DNA from: a bacterium
Lineage (GTDB): Bacteria > Patescibacteriota > Minisyncoccia > Phycocordibacterales > UBA1550
Direction: 5' to 3'
NCBI GenBank assembly: GCA_030649835.1
Contig: JAUSES010000029.1
Coordinates: 4,130-68,129, forward strand
Length of the DNA: 64,000 nt
The notes beneath the pieces were generated by a model. The model had not been told where the DNA came from. It saw nothing but the letters and a program-made list of their open reading frames with translations, and did not search any database. This document shows, in pieces, positions 58,800 through 64,000 of the stretch. Within the stretch, counting starts at the first letter, position 1; the number at the start of each line of letters is the position of its first letter. A program made the position numbers and the translations under genes.

Positions 58800-59223
58800 T
58801 TGAGCCTATTGCAGGAGGTAGAGTGAAGCATCCATCCGGCACTGTCACCAAGCATAATGGTGCTGCGCCCTTGGTATACGACCCTAAAATCCAATTACCT
58901 GGAGGTTCTGTTGAAAGCCATGTATACCCTGCCCACATCCCAACAGGGCTATAAACTGTATGGGTATAATCGTACATAAAAGTTTCTGCTGTTTGTATAA
59001 ATTCTCCCCCCGCAGGCGGTCCTACAACCACATAGGCAAGGGCTGCTCCCTCTGAGCATGTACACGGAGTTGTAGACAAAATCTGCCCGCCAAAACCTAA
59101 AAGTGCTCCTGCTTTTTGTGTTTTTGCGCTAAACGAAACTCCAACAACCAAAATAGCAATCGCAAAACTAAGCAAAACTGTTTGCGCTCGGGTTTTTTTG
59201 AAAATTTTAAATAGAAATTTCAT
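58735..59223 (-). CDS. Secreted Cys-containing hypothetical protein
   Basis: Signal peptide, FGG.I...PCTCS; in an operon with 59225-60175. Confidence 0.7.
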   Translation of the reverse strand: MKFLFKIFKKTRAQTVLLSFAIAILVVGVSFSAKTQKAGALLGFGGQILSTTPCTCSEGAALAYVVVGPPAGGEFIQTAETFMYDYTHTVYSPVGMWAGYTWLSTEPPGNWILGSYTKGAAPLCLVTVPDGCFTLPPAIGSIMTAGTSLSSDTGVPVDFVSQ

Positions 59224-59224
59224 A

Positions 59225-60175
59225 TTACAGAAGTTTCAACGAAAAAGGTTTTGCATTGCTTACACCATTTTCATTCATTATATATACCGACACAGGAATT
59301 GAGAAATTTTTTATTTTTGGCGTACTGGTCGCATTGTTGAAAAGATTTTTCGGGATTACAAAACTCATGGTAGCACCATCTATAGATGAAACATTTTTAA
59401 AAGCACCGATGCCTGCGACCATCATTGTGTTGCCCGTGCTCAAAAATCCACTACCGATAACTACTACAGTATCTCCCGTTGAGACAGCCGTAGGCAAAAC
59501 ACTCTCTATTTTTGGCCCCGCTGTCACACCGTCTGTCACAATAAAAAATGCATCTTTATTGCTTTCTCCGCGCGCATTTTTTACAAAAAGAGGATACACG
59601 CCTTTTGGAATTTCTGGAACTTTTAAAGAAATAGACTGTCCGTTCCACGAGGTCGCCCATGAGACAGCGTGGTCAGCGCCAAAATACACCGTGTTGTCCT
59701 TTGGCGTAAAACCAGCGCCTGAAATTGAAATCGTGGTCCCCGGCTTTGCAGAATACTGCGAAGGGAACATCACGACTACTTTTCCTTTTTCAACTGCAAG
59801 TGTAGGAAGTTCTTTCAAAGGAATGTTTGTCGCTGGTGCTCCTATAGTGAGTGCCTTTATTTTTTCTCTTGTTTTGGGGCCAAAAATTCCAGTGCCGAAG
59901 GGAAGCCCATTAGGAGTGAGTATTTCCGCGCGATATTTCTCTTGGAATTTTACCAACCCGCGTTTTGTCCCAGCGCCAAAATAACTGGTTTCATTACCCA
60001 CCGACCCCACACCGCTTTCCGCCACACGCGTATCGCTATCCGTATTCAAAAAAACTTGAAGCGCACGCACGTCATCCCCCCGCATTCCCAAAGAAAGTGT
60101 GCGGGTGAATGTTGCCCCAAAAACGACATTAGGAAAAACGAGAACGGCTACAAAAAATATCCCTAAAAACTTCAT
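59225..60175 (-). CDS. Peptidoglycan-binding domain plus IPT/TIG domain protein
   Basis: TRTLSLGMRGDDVRALQVFLN, TGIFGPKTR, ISGAGF. Confidence 0.85.
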   Translation of the reverse strand: MKFLGIFFVAVLVFPNVVFGATFTRTLSLGMRGDDVRALQVFLNTDSDTRVAESGVGSVGNETSYFGAGTKRGLVKFQEKYRAEILTPNGLPFGTGIFGPKTREKIKALTIGAPATNIPLKELPTLAVEKGKVVVMFPSQYSAKPGTTISISGAGFTPKDNTVYFGADHAVSWATSWNGQSISLKVPEIPKGVYPLFVKNARGESNKDAFFIVTDGVTAGPKIESVLPTAVSTGDTVVVIGSGFLSTGNTMMVAGIGAFKNVSSIDGATMSFVIPKNLFNNATSTPKIKNFSIPVSVYIMNENGVSNAKPFSLKLL

Positions 60176-60236
60176 TTCTAAATGATACCATATTATTTTT
60201 GGAACCATTCACCTCACTACGTAAATTTAGTTTCAG

Positions 60237-60324
60237 TCTTTGCGAGCGAAGCAATCTAGGGTCCTGGATAGCGCCCGAGACGTGAATCTGGTGATTCAGC
60301 CACGCACTACGTGCTCGCAAAGAC
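60237..60324. repeat. GTCTTTGCGAG..GCAATC..CTCGCAAAGAC REP-like element
   Basis: Same ends at 57662-57760 and partially at 42460-42520. Confidence 0.7.
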
Positions 60325-60386
60325 AGGGATGAAGGAAGTCTCTCTTTTTTGCTGTACAAAAAATACCTGCACGGTATACTAATATC

Positions 60387-62042
60387 ATGAACATACAAGA
60401 AGTCCTTCACGGTGAAAATAGGAAAAAGATTATTATTGGCATTGTGGTAGTTATTGTAATTATTCTTTTGCTTAGCATTACCGTTAGTGTTGGCAAAAAA
60501 AATACCTCCGAAGCAGATTTGGCGAAGCAAACCGAAACTCAAATTCTTGCAGACCTTGCTCAGCTTTCCCCACCCGGAGAAGGGGAGAATGGCGTCCTCT
60601 CACACAGCGAACGCGTGCGTCTTGAAATGCCCCTTATTACGCTCTCAGCAGACACCACCACCGTTGCCCCAGGGCAACCTGCAGTGATTACGTGGGCTTC
60701 AAAAAATGCAACAGATTGTGCCGACGGTATTGGTAACCAAATTCGCCTTGAGGGAAGCTACTCTATTACTCCAAAAGAAGACTATACTCTAGATATTTTG
60801 TGTACCGGCCCAAAAGGCGCGGCGGCACAGTCTCTCACGATATCTGTCATTACAGCTCCGCTCATAAATTTGTCTGCATATCCTACCGAGGTTGCGCCCG
60901 GGCAACAATCATTTATTACATGGAATACTTCCAATGCAACAAGCTGTCTTGATGGTAGTGGAAAAACACTTCGGCTAAATGACACACTCGCCATTACTCC
61001 TCTGCGAGCCTACACTTTTGAAATAAAATGCACCGGCGAAAAAGGAACAGCCAAAAAGTCCCTCGCAATAGCAGTTAATCCCCGAGCTCAATATGCCACT
61101 ACAAAAACAGGAACTACCGGCACTGTTGGTACGGTAAAAACGGGGACACCACCAACTGATTCAAAAACACCGATAAAAGTAGCGCCTATTATCGTTTCTG
61201 CTCCCGGAGAACGAACGGTGACAAGTGTGGGCCCCGGGCCAAAAATCACACTCACTTTTAATCCTGACACACTTCTAAAGGATACTGATTCATCCACTTT
61301 TTCGTGGACAGTAGAAAACGCTACTTCCTGTACTCACTCTGCCCCCACGGGAATAGTTGTTCCCAGTGCAACAAACAGTTCTGCTACGCGCCTGCTTACG
61401 GGAGCAGCCGTAGACGAAGCAGGTCTTTTTAGTGAAATGACTGGCTCAAAACAAATTTGGCTCCCAAGTGGAAAAACGAGCGCAAAAATTACTTTTAACT
61501 GCGTAAGCGTCGACGGTAGATCCACCGCATCAAATACACTTTCGCTGGACAATGCGCTTGCTTCCATTACTGCTAAGCCAACAATTGAACTTTTTGCAAA
61601 TCCCGGCACGGTATCAGCCGGTGGCACATCCGAAGTCTCGTGGGAAACCACAAACACAATCCCTGGCGGACAATGTTTTGCAAGAGTTACCGCAGAAGCA
61701 CATGTTTATAATCCAGTTACAGATACCTATGGGAGTTCCTTATACAGCTCAAAAGCAGGTGTGCCGGTAAACGGAAAAATGAAGGTTACTCCCGGACTTT
61801 CAAACAGCCCTATTCCAGGGGGTGGCACTAGTTTTAATGAAATAAACGCAGGAGCAGTAACTGGTCTTGGGCCCGGGCTTACAAGCCTCCTGGGTGGTGG
61901 CGATGATACCTCTTGGTACACCCCCGCGAACGTTACTCTCTATTGTGGAAACAGGTTTGGAACAACAGAGAAATCAATTACGGTGCAGGTTCCTCCACCA
62001 CCCGACTGTGGTGGATGGCTTTCGTGTACTTTTCGTTTCTAA
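60387..62042 (+). CDS. Membrane-anchored protein with repeated Ig-like (W.S.NAT.C) domains
   Basis: N-terminal TM; four ITW..NAT.C-type repeats. Confidence 0.8.
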   Translation: MNIQEVLHGENRKKIIIGIVVVIVIILLLSITVSVGKKNTSEADLAKQTETQILADLAQLSPPGEGENGVLSHSERVRLEMPLITLSADTTTVAPGQPAVITWASKNATDCADGIGNQIRLEGSYSITPKEDYTLDILCTGPKGAAAQSLTISVITAPLINLSAYPTEVAPGQQSFITWNTSNATSCLDGSGKTLRLNDTLAITPLRAYTFEIKCTGEKGTAKKSLAIAVNPRAQYATTKTGTTGTVGTVKTGTPPTDSKTPIKVAPIIVSAPGERTVTSVGPGPKITLTFNPDTLLKDTDSSTFSWTVENATSCTHSAPTGIVVPSATNSSATRLLTGAAVDEAGLFSEMTGSKQIWLPSGKTSAKITFNCVSVDGRSTASNTLSLDNALASITAKPTIELFANPGTVSAGGTSEVSWETTNTIPGGQCFARVTAEAHVYNPVTDTYGSSLYSSKAGVPVNGKMKVTPGLSNSPIPGGGTSFNEINAGAVTGLGPGLTSLLGGGDDTSWYTPANVTLYCGNRFGTTEKSITVQVPPPPDCGGWLSCTFRF

Positions 62043-62180
62043 TTGTTTCGTGGGCAAAATAACCGGGACCATTTGGCTTCGCCAAATGGTCCCGGTTATT
62101 TTTGAACCTCCCAATATTTGTCAATTATCTCTACCTCTTCTCTTTTCTCTCTGCTATACTATGTGTGAGAAGTGTAGAAT

Positions 62181-62963
62181 ATGGGACAACATTCAAAAAA
62201 AATTTTTTCTGTCCTTTTCGCACTTCTCATTGGTGCGGGTATTATTTTCTTTGCGTGGAAAGGGGGTGGGGTAACGTACCTAAAAGATTCATCAACGACC
62301 ACGAATGAAGAATGGAAAGACACCCTAAGCGTCATCCCCGAAATCTCTCCGTTAAAAACTCTTGGGTTTTCTGGAGGGGTTGCAACAGGGAAAAACGATG
62401 CTACCACCACCACGAGCGCCCTTGCGCGTGACCTTTTGGTGGAGTATGCGCTCACACAGACAAGCGCAGCTTCTACAACCTTAAGCGATGCAGAAGTGGG
62501 TGGAATAGCGCAAACACTTGCTGAACGCGCGCGCGCAAATTCCACGATAAAAACCTACACCGAAAAAGATTTGCATATCGTTCCCGCGAGCACTTCGTCT
62601 TTAGCAATCTATCAAAAAGAAGTTTCTCAAGCACTCGCTCTTTTTCAAAAAGAAAATACTGTAAACGAGCTCCGTGTCGTCTATGAAGCAACCCAAACAA
62701 AAGACGCATCCTCGCTAACGGTGCTTGCCACCTCAGTGAACGCCTACCAAAAGCTTATCAAAACCCTGCTTGCGTTAAATATCCCAAAATCCGTCGTCCC
62801 GTTTCATCTTCTCCTTTTAAAATCACAAGCAACTCTTGTTTCCGGAATACAAGATATGGCACAAATGCTCGCTGACCCCGTGCGCGGAATGAACGGCCTC
62901 GCAACATACCAAAAGGGAACCCAACTTGTAGCCCAAATAAATAAAATTCTCAGTCCAAAGTAA
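62181..62963 (+). CDS. Hypothetical single-TM protein
   Basis: 260-aa ORF. Confidence 0.75.
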   Translation: MGQHSKKIFSVLFALLIGAGIIFFAWKGGGVTYLKDSSTTTNEEWKDTLSVIPEISPLKTLGFSGGVATGKNDATTTTSALARDLLVEYALTQTSAASTTLSDAEVGGIAQTLAERARANSTIKTYTEKDLHIVPASTSSLAIYQKEVSQALALFQKENTVNELRVVYEATQTKDASSLTVLATSVNAYQKLIKTLLALNIPKSVVPFHLLLLKSQATLVSGIQDMAQMLADPVRGMNGLATYQKGTQLVAQINKILSPK

Positions 62964-62968
62964 TTTTT

Positions 62969-64000
62969 ATGAAACATATTTCTCGCGCAATTTTAAGAAC
63001 TCTCGCCATCATCGTTTTTTCAAGTGGCACTCTTTTTTCACCAAACATCGTACGAGCAATAAACATAGGTGACGCAACACAACAGGTGAGTGGCGACTGT
63101 GTGTTGGTTGGGGTAGAAACATGGGCGGCAGCAAAAACTGAATCCTTGGTGAGTGGGGCTGTTAGTATTGCGAATAACGTAACCTCTGTTCCAATTTCAA
63201 ACATTCTTATAGAAAACTCGACAGCAACGAGCGACGCATACGCAGGAAAAATAGAGCCTTGGTACACTTGTATTGGCTACAGTATTGGACAACTTGTGCT
63301 CAAGGAACTTACTGATCAAACAATTGCGTGGATTCGTGGTGGCTTCAACGGGAGCCCCTCGTATTCAATAGACACGCACAAGCTTTTTACTGACCTTGCG
63401 GATATGGTGGCTAGCACACTTGCGCGGGATATTCGCAACTATAATATGTGTGACTTTAGGGTTGGTTACAAAAACGACCTTGCAAATTGGGTTGAAACAT
63501 CAGGAAATGATCGAGCAAAGCTTCCTGAAAGATATGCTTGTCCTTTTCAGGATGAGTTCAACTTCACTGCATCAGAGCTCTATGGAAACTTCCAAAAGGG
63601 TGGGTGGAAATTTTTTGAAAAAACCCTCAATGATAACGGAAATCCCTTTGGGGTTGCGGTGATGACTGCAGGCGAGCTCACGAGAGCCCAGGAGCAGGAG
63701 GTGCGGATTCAGGAACAGCGCTTAAGCTGGGGGGCAGGGTTCCTTGAAATTATAGATGAGGACAAATGTATATACCCCGAAGGAATCACCAAGGAAATGG
63801 TTGATGAGATGGCTACAAGTGGAAACTCTGCAGCTGCGGTTTCGTATAAAAAATCCTACTGCGGCGTGACCACACCGGGAAAGGCGATTGAATCAGCAAT
63901 GACGGAATACTCTAAAGTAAGTTGGGATAGACTTAAGCTTGCTGATAACCTTAGCAAGATTACTGCAGCACTCATTAATAGACTCAGTGATGATGCGATA
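62969..64000 (+). CDS. Secreted hypothetical protein, truncated by the window end
   Basis: Not in the ORF track; ATG 62969 MKHISRAILRTLAIIVFSS...; WIRGGFNGSP, LSWGAGFL and VTTPG motifs seen downstream. Confidence 0.75.
   Translation, partial: MKHISRAILRTLAIIVFSSGTLFSPNIVRAINIGDATQQVSGDCVLVGVETWAAAKTESLVSGAVSIANNVTSVPISNILIENSTATSDAYAGKIEPWYTCIGYSIGQLVLKELTDQTIAWIRGGFNGSPSYSIDTHKLFTDLADMVASTLARDIRNYNMCDFRVGYKNDLANWVETSGNDRAKLPERYACPFQDEFNFTASELYGNFQKGGWKFFEKTLNDNGNPFGVAVMTAGELTRAQEQEVRIQEQRLSWGAGFLEIIDEDKCIYPEGITKEMVDEMATSGNSAAAVSYKKSYCGVTTPGKAIESAMTEYSKVSWDRLKLADNLSKITAALINRLSDDAI

Noticed and set aside
1-64000. DGR template repeat / reverse transcriptase, transposase, rRNA, prophage
   Set aside because: No AAC-rich copy of the 22.3-kb region, no YxDD RT, no transposase-like ORF, no rRNA-like tract and no phage structural genes were seen by eye.

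Overview
64 kb of bacterial chromosome, most consistent with a Patescibacteria/CPR (Parcubacteria-like) genome. This taxonomy is an inference from the gene mix and CPR-type hypothetical families. Housekeeping genes (nusA, ppa, tig, rsmE, clpP, rny, hup, cca, xth, xerC/D, rpsO, folD, comM/yifB, pcrA, rsmA) and five tRNAs are interleaved with accessory islets: four toxin-antitoxin pairs, an MmeI-like type IIL R-M enzyme, a tRNA-anchored regulator islet, a probable remote DGR target and large secreted repeat proteins. A cluster of about 8 parS-like sites and 3 DnaA boxes at 32.5-36 kb suggests the window is origin-proximal. The most unusual content is non-coding: (i) a triply nested 'Russian-doll' tRNA-Pro; (ii) a ~126-bp element found four times exactly at gene start codons (ATGAA); (iii) a shared fold-back element downstream of three tRNAs that repeats each host tRNA's own 3' end; (iv) a three-gene array in which each gene has the same two-hairpin leader; (v) a PaaX/Cas2-like gene bracketed by near-identical 30-bp palindromes. 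All calls were made by eye; no searches were run.
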